A stretch of 64,000 nucleotides of DNA from the IMG/VR virus record IMGVR_UViG_3300035654_000005; one strand, 5' to 3'. Origin of the DNA: an uncultured virus (IMG/VR IMGVR_UViG_3300035654_000005) (taxonomy: Duplodnaviria; Heunggongvirae; Uroviricota; Caudoviricetes). The notes under the pieces are model-generated. The model saw only the letters and a program-made list of their open reading frames with translations. It was not told the origin of the DNA and ran no database searches. Both the position numbers and the translations under genes were made by a program. Of this stretch, positions 19,908 through 29,572 are shown piece after piece. Numbering within the stretch: position 1 is the first letter of the stretch; each line of letters begins with the position of its first letter.

Positions 19908-21508
19908 TGGCGGTAAGTAATCCATATTTAAAGAAGGCCAACGAAGAGTACGATTACACGGGTGATCTACTACTTGAGTTGGAAAAATGTCGCAAGGACG
20001 TACTGTATTTCGTAAACAATTATTGTCAGCTACAACATCCCGTGCACGGATCAGCTCCATTCACACTCCGTCCATACCAAAAACGCGTTCTTAAAGCCTT
20101 CCAAGAAAACAGATTATCTATATTATTAGCTGCTCGTCAGATTGGTAAGTCGTGGCTAGCAGGCGCTTTCTTATTGTGGTATGCTGCGTTCAAATTTGAA
20201 CAAACTATATTGATACTGTCTAACAAAAACGATAACGCAATGGAGATGATTCACCGTGTGCGATTTATGTACGAGCGACTACCTCACTGGTTGAAACCAG
20301 GCTTAACAGCAGATGGTTGGAATAAACACTCTGTTGCATTCGATAACGGTTCACGTATTATTTCACAAGCTACTTCAGAAAACTCTGGTCGTGGTTTGTC
20401 TGTATCCTTACTATTCCTAGATGAGTTTGCATTCGTTCGAGATGGTGTTGCTGAAGAATTCTGGACATCTGTATCACCTACACTTGCAACTGGTGGTTCA
20501 TGTATTATGGCTTCTACGCCTAACGGTGATACTAACAGATTTGCAGTATTGTGGCGAGGGGCGAACTCCCGACCTGATCCCACTAGTGCAGGTATCAACG
20601 GATTCTTCCCAGTGCAAGTTGAATGGTTTGAACCACCAGATCGTGATGAAGCATTTAAAGAAAAAGAAATTGCCAAAATCGGTAACGCAAAATGGTTGCA
20701 AGAGTACGAATGTGAATTCTTGTCTAGTGATCCAACTCTGATTGACGCTATTGTACTAGCTAATTTGCACGATCTAACCAAAGATAACAAACCTGTTGGA
20801 ACGCTTGGAGAAGTAATGTTCTTTAAAGCACCTGTTAAAGGCGTAACCTACTTGGTTGGGGTTGACCCGTCCTCTGGCAATGGTAACGACTATACCAACT
20901 TTGAAGTGTATGAGTTCCCATCCATGGAACAAATTGCTCAGTATCGCTCAAACACAGCATCGACTGTTATATCATACCACTTACTTAAAAAATTGTTGAA
21001 CTACCTAGAATCTACTGGTTCTACGGTGTATTTTTCTGTGGAAAACAATGGATTGGGTGAAGCTTTGATGGCTTTGTATGAGAACGACGACACGCCACCG
21101 GTGAATGCGGAATTTATTTCTGAAGCTGGACAAGGACGTAAAGGTATGGCAACTACTGGTAAATCTAAGATTAAAGCCTGCGCCACATTAAAAGAGATGG
21201 TTGAGCGAAACAACATTCGTATAGTATCACCAGTAACTGTACAAGAGCTAAAAGACTTCATTCGCAAAGGTGGTTCATACGGTGCTAAATATGGTGCTAC
21301 AGATGACTCTGTGATGGCTACCATCATTATTATTCGTTTGTTGGAAGAAATCGCGTCATTTGACCAAGAAGCATACGACACAGTACATACGCATTCTTAT
21401 GAGGTTGAAGGATATGACCACTTTGACAAGTACGTGAAGAACGACAACGAATATTCTGACAGTGTATACGTTGGTGGTGACGATGACCCATTAGGAATGA
21501 TAATTTAG
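19907..21508 (+). CDS. terminase large subunit (T4 gp17-like)
   Basis: LRPYQ, Walker A ARQIGKS, Walker B LFLDEFAF, STPNG, QEYECEF, nuclease VGVDPSSG and TDDSVMA. Confidence 0.96.
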   Translation: MAVSNPYLKKANEEYDYTGDLLLELEKCRKDVLYFVNNYCQLQHPVHGSAPFTLRPYQKRVLKAFQENRLSILLAARQIGKSWLAGAFLLWYAAFKFEQTILILSNKNDNAMEMIHRVRFMYERLPHWLKPGLTADGWNKHSVAFDNGSRIISQATSENSGRGLSVSLLFLDEFAFVRDGVAEEFWTSVSPTLATGGSCIMASTPNGDTNRFAVLWRGANSRPDPTSAGINGFFPVQVEWFEPPDRDEAFKEKEIAKIGNAKWLQEYECEFLSSDPTLIDAIVLANLHDLTKDNKPVGTLGEVMFFKAPVKGVTYLVGVDPSSGNGNDYTNFEVYEFPSMEQIAQYRSNTASTVISYHLLKKLLNYLESTGSTVYFSVENNGLGEALMALYENDDTPPVNAEFISEAGQGRKGMATTGKSKIKACATLKEMVERNNIRIVSPVTVQELKDFIRKGGSYGAKYGATDDSVMATIIIIRLLEEIASFDQEAYDTVHTHSYEVEGYDHFDKYVKNDNEYSDSVYVGGDDDPLGMII

Positions 21509-21537
21509 TTGACCTAACCCTATATGTGGTGTATTGT
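21509..21537 (+). promoter_or_regulatory. sigma70-like promoter
   Basis: TTGACC-17 nt-TATTGT, 6 nt before the in-frame ATG at 21544. Confidence 0.6.
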
Positions 21538-21543
21538 GTTGAT

Positions 21544-22662
21544 ATGACTACATATAGAAAACTCCTTACAGACCACTTCGACAGCATGAAATCTCATCCA
21601 CTTTTTGTGGCGATGAGCACTACTGTTGAAGCTAGCCCATGGCACAGAGAAGCTAACGTATTGGTTCACACAGAAATGGTAGTGAACGAATATTTAAAGC
21701 TAACTGATGCTGTTCGCCAAACACCAGATGACTGGACGATTGAAGACTACTTAGGTGGATTGTGTTGCGTTTGGCACGACACAGGTAAACCAGCAGCCAG
21801 AACACCAAAAAACTCTCCAGAACGTGGCGATTATTTCGCTTATCATGGTCACGAGTTACTAAGCGCACGGTTGTTTGAAAACTATGCAGTGATGAACAGC
21901 CTCTTGCACCTGAACGACTTGTTTATAGTAGAGTGGATGATCCATCATCACATGCCTTGGTCAATCACCGACCAACATAAACTAGCATCGTTAAAAGCAA
22001 CACCAATATACTTTGGTGATAATGGAATGTACGAAGCATACACTCGTGCATTACTAGCAGATCAGTTTGGTCGTATAGCTGATGACCAAGAAGGCAAGAA
22101 CGCTTCCGCATCTGCATGGGTTGAGAAATTAAACAACACAACCGATACAGTGACGCCAACGCTATACAAAGGCTCTATCACGATGACAGATCGACCAGTG
22201 ATGTTTGTTCCAATTGGTCCAAGCGGTGCCGGCAAAAGCACTTTATACAAGAACTACGTGCAATCTATAGACGGTAAGAAGTTTGAATCGTATTCACTCG
22301 ATGCTTTACGCCATCGCTACTACGATGCAACAGATTATGCAAAAGCATATCAGAAGTCTGTTGAGGATAGTTCGTTTGAATCGCGTGCTAAGCAAGAGTT
22401 TATGAAACTAGTGAAAGCTGGCGGTAATATCTACATCGACAACACTAATTTATCTGCGAAACGTAGAGCTTTTTACATATCAGAAGCCAAACGTCGTAAC
22501 TACGTGATTGTGGCGTTTCACTTAACGTCATCTCTGGATACGCTGAAAGCAAGACAACGCACGCGTGGAGATAAAAATGTACCAGATGGTGCAGTGTACC
22601 AACAATACATGGCATTAACAGTACCATCAATTGGTGAATTTGATTCAATCAACGTAGTGTAA
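21544..22662 (+). CDS. HD-domain phosphohydrolase fused to a P-loop (polynucleotide kinase-like) domain
   Basis: SPWHREANVLVHT, WHDTGK, GHELLSA, HHHM, ADQFGR; then GPSGAGKST, SLDALR, IDNTNL, RQRTR. Confidence 0.82.
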   Translation: MTTYRKLLTDHFDSMKSHPLFVAMSTTVEASPWHREANVLVHTEMVVNEYLKLTDAVRQTPDDWTIEDYLGGLCCVWHDTGKPAARTPKNSPERGDYFAYHGHELLSARLFENYAVMNSLLHLNDLFIVEWMIHHHMPWSITDQHKLASLKATPIYFGDNGMYEAYTRALLADQFGRIADDQEGKNASASAWVEKLNNTTDTVTPTLYKGSITMTDRPVMFVPIGPSGAGKSTLYKNYVQSIDGKKFESYSLDALRHRYYDATDYAKAYQKSVEDSSFESRAKQEFMKLVKAGGNIYIDNTNLSAKRRAFYISEAKRRNYVIVAFHLTSSLDTLKARQRTRGDKNVPDGAVYQQYMALTVPSIGEFDSINVV

Positions 22663-22722
22663 ACTATTCCATACTGTTTAGACGCCCCATAAATACTTCT
22701 ATTTTCGGGATGTCTAAACAGC

Positions 22723-23278
22723 ATGAAACCAGTTATTATCAGTGGGATACGTATTGTATCAATATTAAACGAAGACTCCACATATCCTGCTCTGCAGTCT
22801 AACATCCGCCGCACGTTTCCTCAAACAACCAAACGTCAAAACGCACCTGCGCCAAATGTATCAGCTATACAATTTACCCCACACCTGGGTGATGCTTCTC
22901 TTGAAATTGATGCGACTGTTGCTGGGTCTGAACAACCACATAAAGTAACAGTCCTATGTTCTAAAGTAACATTCGAACCGCAAGATACACCATCCAATGT
23001 AACAATAACTACAGCATCTGGTGCAGAGCAATCTCTAGCCCCAATACAATTAGCTAGAAGTAACATTCGCGTAAGATGTACTTGNNNNNNNNNNCATGGA
23101 TTTCCGATTTAGATTTGCTCTGTGGAATTTTAACGACAATTCGTTGATGGGTGAAAAACCACCACCGTATGTGGCAACATCCAATCGCCCACCAGTTAAC
23201 CCACTTAGAACCCCAGGAGTTTGTAAGCATATCATTGCTACAATCCGCGCAGCACAGGCTCAAAATATATTGGTGTAA
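22723..23278 (+). CDS. SWIM-type zinc-finger protein; one gene broken by an N-gap
   Basis: Deleting the 10 N at 23085-23094 gives VRCTCMDFRFRF...GVCKHIIA (CxC...CxH); late motif CATAAATA at 22688-22695. Confidence 0.72.
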
Positions 23279-23338
23279 TGTTTAAATCGAGTTACACAGT
23301 TCATAAATACTTTACACTGTAAACTCGAGCATTTATCC

Positions 23339-25090
23339 ATGATCATATCATTCCAGCAAGGCATAGCATACTACCCAACTAGTGGGTCACTACAGCAATT
23401 CCTGGTTCGCACCGGTAGCAGTGTAAAGCTGAACGTAGCCAACTTGGAACGTGTTGATATTTCATTTGCTCGTCGCACACAAAATTACCTATACACCGAA
23501 ACAGCTACAGTACTTAACGCATGGGTTGGCGTTCCATCTGCCCAAGATACATGGCTGTATTGGGATCTTAACACGAAGACCGGTCTAAGAACATTTGGAT
23601 TCACATTAGTTCTTCCACGATTTGGTACCGTTCGTCCAACTTCACCAGTGGCAGATTTGCATTGGTATGATACATTTAATAAACAAATGTTCGTATACAC
23701 CAATGGAAAGTGGATTGAGAAGATTCGCGTATTTGCAGCCAAAGTAAATTCAAGCACCTTTACTCCAATGGGTGACGGACTATCGAGCAAACCATTCGCA
23801 GGCACCCAAGTTGGTCTTACTGGTACTGCTGTTGAAACTTCATACATCACATACGACGAACTGGGTAAACCTATTATTCGAGATAATGGCGATTTCTTTA
23901 CGTTATCTAGTCCTTTATTTGCACGGGGGAGTGCAGTTAACCAAGTCAAGCTTGATGCAAACGTAATATTTGCAACTGCTGCTGAAACCATTCCACAATT
24001 CAGTGTAGTGCGATTATCTCAATTTGATAAAATATTGCTGTGTGATTATGCCAATGTGCGTACTAGCATAGTTGGACTGTCGCTCGATAGCCTTGCTCCA
24101 GACGAGCTGGGTCGCATTGTTGCTCAAGGTGTAGTAACTAACCCATTGTGGAATTGGTCGGCTCCTGGTCGTCTATTGTGGGCATCTGATACCGGTGTTC
24201 TATCTGAAACAGATCCTCACGCTACTAACAATATACTATTTCCAGAATCAAACCCACCTGTAGCTAAAGTTATATCACCAATTTCGATTTTATTTGATCA
24301 AAGTTTGGGAGAAAAAGGTGAAACGGGTGCTCCAGGTGCAGACGGTCAGGATGGTCAAGATGGCGTCAGCGCTGGTTCCGATCCAGCAACAGTTGGAGCG
24401 TTGGGTGTAGTTAAGATTAGCGTGAATCCAACAGATTCGCTTAACCCAATTGCCGTTGGCACAAATGACCCACGCATGACAAATGCACGTGCACCAACAG
24501 CTCACACACATCCAATTTCAGATGTAATCAACTTACAGACATCATTAAACTCAAAGCTGAGCACTACTGGTGGCACATTAACTGGCCCCCTTGTGCTCCC
24601 AGCAGAGTCAGGAAGCGTTAATCCACTGCAAGCACCGACCGTTCAATATGTTCAGTCGAGATTGACGATTAATTCCATTCAACAATATGACTTAAACTTC
24701 TATATTAGTGGCTATGTAGACATACCAAACGAAATAGTTGGTTCGTACTTATGCAACCGTGGACAAACGATTCTATCAAACACTACTGCTGTACCACTTG
24801 AGTTTGGTACAGGAACAGGTACCGCAGAACACTTGGCTTATTCATTTGATCCAGCAACTGGTGCTGTATTAGATTTGATTAAGTGCCATGCTGGTACATA
24901 TACGGATATCGGGACATTGACTCTGAACGCAGAATCCAATACTCACACTATTGATATCCCAGTATCGGTTTCATTAGTACCAGGTGATTTAATCTTAGTC
25001 AGAACTAGAAGCATCGTCGACGTAAACGTGAAAGACATTACCATAAGCATTATGTCTTCAATATTAATTAAATATACACCAACTCTCTAA
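23339..25090 (+). CDS. tail fibre-like structural protein (paralogue of 29573)
   Basis: Collagen-like GEKGETGAPGADGQDG, AHTHPISDV, GGTLTGPL; late motif CATAAATA at 23302-23309. Confidence 0.7.
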   Translation: MIISFQQGIAYYPTSGSLQQFLVRTGSSVKLNVANLERVDISFARRTQNYLYTETATVLNAWVGVPSAQDTWLYWDLNTKTGLRTFGFTLVLPRFGTVRPTSPVADLHWYDTFNKQMFVYTNGKWIEKIRVFAAKVNSSTFTPMGDGLSSKPFAGTQVGLTGTAVETSYITYDELGKPIIRDNGDFFTLSSPLFARGSAVNQVKLDANVIFATAAETIPQFSVVRLSQFDKILLCDYANVRTSIVGLSLDSLAPDELGRIVAQGVVTNPLWNWSAPGRLLWASDTGVLSETDPHATNNILFPESNPPVAKVISPISILFDQSLGEKGETGAPGADGQDGQDGVSAGSDPATVGALGVVKISVNPTDSLNPIAVGTNDPRMTNARAPTAHTHPISDVINLQTSLNSKLSTTGGTLTGPLVLPAESGSVNPLQAPTVQYVQSRLTINSIQQYDLNFYISGYVDIPNEIVGSYLCNRGQTILSNTTAVPLEFGTGTGTAEHLAYSFDPATGAVLDLIKCHAGTYTDIGTLTLNAESNTHTIDIPVSVSLVPGDLILVRTRSIVDVNVKDITISIMSSILIKYTPTL

Positions 25091-26025
25091 TGTTATTTGG
25101 ATCATTTAGCATTAAGAGAAATTCGGTCCAACCTATTTCTCTATCCATCTCTCCAGAGCGTATATACCTATGCGATATCACACTGAGTATATTTCCGGAA
25201 GTTATATCAGGTGATCCAGCTAAACATCGATTTTTATGGGAGGCAGTATCTGGTGCCCCGATAAACATTTTAAGTGATCCGACGGAATTGGACATTATAT
25301 TTGAATACTCTACATCAAACCGTCGAGATACTATATTACGATTAACCGTTGATAATCGTCAGTCTTATGAAATATTAGTATCCGGTACGCCAAGATCTGT
25401 GTTGATCCTAAATCCAGGTACAGTTCAAGCTATAACCGATCCATTATCTGAGGCGTCCATCCGTTTCTACGCTGTTGAGTTTGACACTTCACAAGCTCCT
25501 TCTGGTGTTACCGATCACGTAGACGGCTTCATTTTGTATTTAAACGCCCCACCCAATACTGTTAATTATACCAAAACATATACAGAAATCTGGAATGAAG
25601 CTACCCAACAGTGGGAAGTCATGGGTATAACATATGCAAATACCGATCAGCACACAATAGTATTGCCTGAAACAGTATATAGATTAACTACCGAATATGA
25701 TATAACACCTACTTTAACGAAAACACACAACGGTGCGTTTTTCAGCTCCCCAGCTAATTTGAATAACGCTAGATTTGCCTGGTCTACATATTACAGTCCA
25801 GACGCTATAACCAACGCTGATGTAACTATAAATATACCAACATTCGTACGTTTATATCCTGAGTCTACGTATGAGGTTCCTGTAACATATACAGAAGGTA
25901 GCTTCAGCGTAAGTACATATTCAGCGCAAGGATTTGGTCTAAATCAATCGATAGCAATCATTGATCCAAATACAGTACAAACATATACAGTTACATATTT
26001 TGGCAACATAACAATAGGTGGGTAA
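25090..26025 (+). CDS. hypothetical protein, probably structural
   Basis: Translationally coupled within the late structural operon. Confidence 0.6.
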   Translation: MLFGSFSIKRNSVQPISLSISPERIYLCDITLSIFPEVISGDPAKHRFLWEAVSGAPINILSDPTELDIIFEYSTSNRRDTILRLTVDNRQSYEILVSGTPRSVLILNPGTVQAITDPLSEASIRFYAVEFDTSQAPSGVTDHVDGFILYLNAPPNTVNYTKTYTEIWNEATQQWEVMGITYANTDQHTIVLPETVYRLTTEYDITPTLTKTHNGAFFSSPANLNNARFAWSTYYSPDAITNADVTINIPTFVRLYPESTYEVPVTYTEGSFSVSTYSAQGFGLNQSIAIIDPNTVQTYTVTYFGNITIGG

Positions 26026-26028
26026 TAC

Positions 26029-29000
26029 ATGAAACAACAATCACAATCACCGGTATTAGGTGAGGCAACATTAGTATTTACAGACGTTGAGACTGGCGCT
26101 ATACGCACAGAAATACGTACAAATAATGTTAAATACAATGGACTATTTAACGTATGTCAATCACTAGCTAATTCAAACTACTATGTGTATGATTATGGTA
26201 TTACACCAAACATTGTGATATATTCTGTATCTACTCCTCCAAGTAAATACGACTGGGCGGGAATAACGGCTACAGACGGCGCGCGAGCAACTGGCTTTGT
26301 GGACTCTTCACAAATATCACCACAGTTTTTTAAAGCGACACTCACTGATCCATCGTATACTCAGGTAGTGAATCGATTCAGCCCTCCGACGAGTGGTCCT
26401 CGCTACGTTCGATATATAGCGCTCCAGCCAAACGCTGTTGGTACACCACAAGATACTCCATTAAACACTAACTATTACACAACATCGGCATCTATAACAT
26501 TGGACCCACCGTGTATTCAATCAACGACCGAAGTGCTGGATATATTCTATCGTGTTATTACTCCATACAATCCAAGTGGATTGATGTATCCATTTGCCCA
26601 TGAATATGTGTCCAATCTTATAGTAGGTAATCCAAACTCAGGTTCTCAGAATCCAATTAATCGTATTCTCGCAAATATTTACACGTTTGACTCTACACCA
26701 CTAACGTCAGATATACATACAAAATACAACACGCTGCAACTGTATCGAGCAAACACCCAGCTTGGCACCGCAGATACTGATTCATACTACCCGTTTGCAA
26801 ACGCTGATAATCTTTCTGCACCAGTAATTTCAGTGCGTGATTTGAGTGCTTCATATTCATTCCCGTTTGCACTAAATACCCATGTTGGAGCAATATTAGC
26901 TACAGCCCACGTAGGTAATGCGGTTGATGTGTACAATAGTAGTACCTTAATCAGATATACGGTGTCTAGCCACAACATATTAAATCCTGGAACATCAACT
27001 ATCCAACCAGTTCATAGCCACTCATCAACTGGAGTGCGTCCATTTTTAGACGCATCATTCCTTGCAACAGGATCAGGTAAAGTTGTGCCTGTTTGTACTA
27101 CTCCACAGAGCACTTTCCCAGAAATGTACAGAATCAATGTTACCACTGGCGGTGACGTTGGTACAGCTCAGTACTCATTCTCCATGAGATATCATCAAGG
27201 ATTCCTAGGTAACACATATACAGACAAGCCAGAATCATCTCACATTGGTGCCCAAGGCACGCCAAATGTTCTACCAAATGGTGAAGTTCACATTACTTCA
27301 ATAATAGGTGCTCATGGATTAACACCAACGAACCCAATCACATATTCACAGGATGGTTATGCGTATGGTGGTGGAATGCAACAAAAAAGATATGATAACA
27401 ATACACTAATGACGTATGATGCAACTGGATTAACCAAAGCCGCTATCAACTCATACGACTACGTGCAGAACTTTGATTCTACTACCACTCCTGCATTACC
27501 AGTAACCAACATTGTTCAAGTTACCCCAGATCCAGCTGGTAACGTATGGGTTGCTTGTAGCAATACTGGATTGTGGAAAATATCAGCTGATGATTCAACC
27601 GTTACAAGAATGACCGTAGCTGGTGTGACTGATACTGCATGTTACGGAGTAGATCAGTCATCAACAACTCTGTGGGCAATATTTGACGGTGGGTTATGCT
27701 CATCTACTGATTTTGGTTCTACTTGGACGGTGTATAATCAATCTAGTTCTACGGTGTTCAGCTGGTCAGGCATAACAAACTCCAACTGGTCATCTGTCGC
27801 ATTTATCCGCGTAGATTACGATCATCCAGACCAACGATTGCTGATTATTCGTAAATCAACATCTGGCGCTTCGAGCAATGCAGCATGCTGGTGGTCTACT
27901 ACAACTAGTGCAGCATCAGCTCACATCAATGAGCTGTACGGCTTTACTTATTCTGCGTGTAATAATCAACAGGATCACTTAGTTCAAAGCCGTGGAGGAT
28001 ACTGGACTGTCTTTTCTACAAATATTTACTACCCAAGCGAACAGACATCCGGCACGTCGTACTTAAAACTACTGACCTTTGGAACAACTACCGTGACACC
28101 AATTACTGGATTAGGTAACCTAGCATCTGGCTCCATGCAAGATGGCTTTGCTCCAGACAAAGTTACTGGTCTGCTTAAACCTATTATTCTAACTACGTCG
28201 ACAAGCATGACGTTTGGATTAGTTGAACCTGATGGTACAGTAGTACACTACGTAGCTCAAAATCCAAACAATGTTACTGGACAATACAATAATTATCGTC
28301 CAGTGCAAACTAGCGATAGATGTATTGTTTACATGGGCGGCGGAGTACTGATGTATCCGTACCGAGTGATAGGCAACGTGAATCCAGCTGGTACGTATGG
28401 TTCACTTGGTTGGTTTAGAATATTTGTGGGATCGGATGGAACTCCATCAGGAGGATACTTTGGATATCTACACTGGAAAAACTATGGTTGGAACGGATCA
28501 ACGTGGGTACAAGACTACGTCGGATCCAAAACCATGCACTCTAGTCAAGAGACTCTATTGAATGGTATTACGATAGGATTTACGAATGGGTCATCAGGAA
28601 CGTCATTCGTTTCTACCGATTACTACACATTTGGTAGATTATTTGGTGTGTGGAAAGACAATGCAACCACACTAACATGGTCTAGAACCTCATACGCATT
28701 GAATGCTATTACTAACATCGTCAACTCTGGAACAGTAGCATCGAGAGCTGCTCCTATGACGGTACCAACGATGATTGGTCGTTCTGGTAATAACAAAAAT
28801 ACAGCAACTGGTAAATATCATCACTCATATGTAAATAATGTTACTACACAACTTGGTAGAGCTATGACAGAAGGTTTCCTATCTGGCGACTTTCAGCTAG
28901 ATTTACCCATTACAACACCTGATTGCTACAACACAATGCATATTATAGGTGGGTTTAAACCGGAAATTGGCCGAGAGTTGAACAACTTTAATCCTACTGA

Positions 29001-29559
29001 AATTCCATACGGCTTCAGTATAAATCAAAGTGGTCAGTTGTACTATATTTACCAAAACGCATATTACCTTCCATACGCTTCCGCAGGTAATCCCGTATCT
29101 GGTGTAACAGTGACTACTGGTGATGTGATATCAATTCGCAGAACAAGTGGAGTATTTTACTTGTTGAAAAACGGCACACAAGTTCACACGTCTGGAGCAG
29201 CGTATTCTCCTGCAACGGAAGTGTTGTCGTTATCATTTGTTGGTTATTCTGGAGATACTACACGTAGTATTGTACCGATGACTGTATCTGCTAATGGTAC
29301 TGAATACAGCGCAGATTTGGGTAGCTCTATTTCATCTACAGGTAAATTTGATCCTAAATTCATTAATATGATAGGAACGCCGTCGTCTGTGCTAAAAGGT
29401 ACATTAAACGGCACACCTGCTGTAATGACAATGACAAATCATCCAAACCCACCTGTTGGAGAGATTCACATTAATCCAGTAGCAGGTAAAGCATACTTTA
29501 ATTCAGCAGACGCAGGTAAAGTATACAACATTACAAGTGCATATTTGCAAGACTTCTAA
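26029..29559 (+). CDS. large structural / receptor-binding-like protein with beta-propeller-type repeats
   Basis: 1176 aa, T/S/G/Y-rich; DPAGNVWVA..GLWK and Asp-box-like STDFGSTW. Confidence 0.62.
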   Translation: MKQQSQSPVLGEATLVFTDVETGAIRTEIRTNNVKYNGLFNVCQSLANSNYYVYDYGITPNIVIYSVSTPPSKYDWAGITATDGARATGFVDSSQISPQFFKATLTDPSYTQVVNRFSPPTSGPRYVRYIALQPNAVGTPQDTPLNTNYYTTSASITLDPPCIQSTTEVLDIFYRVITPYNPSGLMYPFAHEYVSNLIVGNPNSGSQNPINRILANIYTFDSTPLTSDIHTKYNTLQLYRANTQLGTADTDSYYPFANADNLSAPVISVRDLSASYSFPFALNTHVGAILATAHVGNAVDVYNSSTLIRYTVSSHNILNPGTSTIQPVHSHSSTGVRPFLDASFLATGSGKVVPVCTTPQSTFPEMYRINVTTGGDVGTAQYSFSMRYHQGFLGNTYTDKPESSHIGAQGTPNVLPNGEVHITSIIGAHGLTPTNPITYSQDGYAYGGGMQQKRYDNNTLMTYDATGLTKAAINSYDYVQNFDSTTTPALPVTNIVQVTPDPAGNVWVACSNTGLWKISADDSTVTRMTVAGVTDTACYGVDQSSTTLWAIFDGGLCSSTDFGSTWTVYNQSSSTVFSWSGITNSNWSSVAFIRVDYDHPDQRLLIIRKSTSGASSNAACWWSTTTSAASAHINELYGFTYSACNNQQDHLVQSRGGYWTVFSTNIYYPSEQTSGTSYLKLLTFGTTTVTPITGLGNLASGSMQDGFAPDKVTGLLKPIILTTSTSMTFGLVEPDGTVVHYVAQNPNNVTGQYNNYRPVQTSDRCIVYMGGGVLMYPYRVIGNVNPAGTYGSLGWFRIFVGSDGTPSGGYFGYLHWKNYGWNGSTWVQDYVGSKTMHSSQETLLNGITIGFTNGSSGTSFVSTDYYTFGRLFGVWKDNATTLTWSRTSYALNAITNIVNSGTVASRAAPMTVPTMIGRSGNNKNTATGKYHHSYVNNVTTQLGRAMTEGFLSGDFQLDLPITTPDCYNTMHIIGGFKPEIGRELNNFNPTEIPYGFSINQSGQLYYIYQNAYYLPYASAGNPVSGVTVTTGDVISIRRTSGVFYLLKNGTQVHTSGAAYSPATEVLSLSFVGYSGDTTRSIVPMTVSANGTEYSADLGSSISSTGKFDPKFINMIGTPSSVLKGTLNGTPAVMTMTNHPNPPVGEIHINPVAGKAYFNSADAGKVYNITSAYLQDF

Positions 29560-29572
29560 TATCGGACACATA

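Noticed and set aside
23085..23094. Two short ORFs (22723 and 23096)
   Set aside because: Removing the Ns restores CTCMDF in one frame; a single gene
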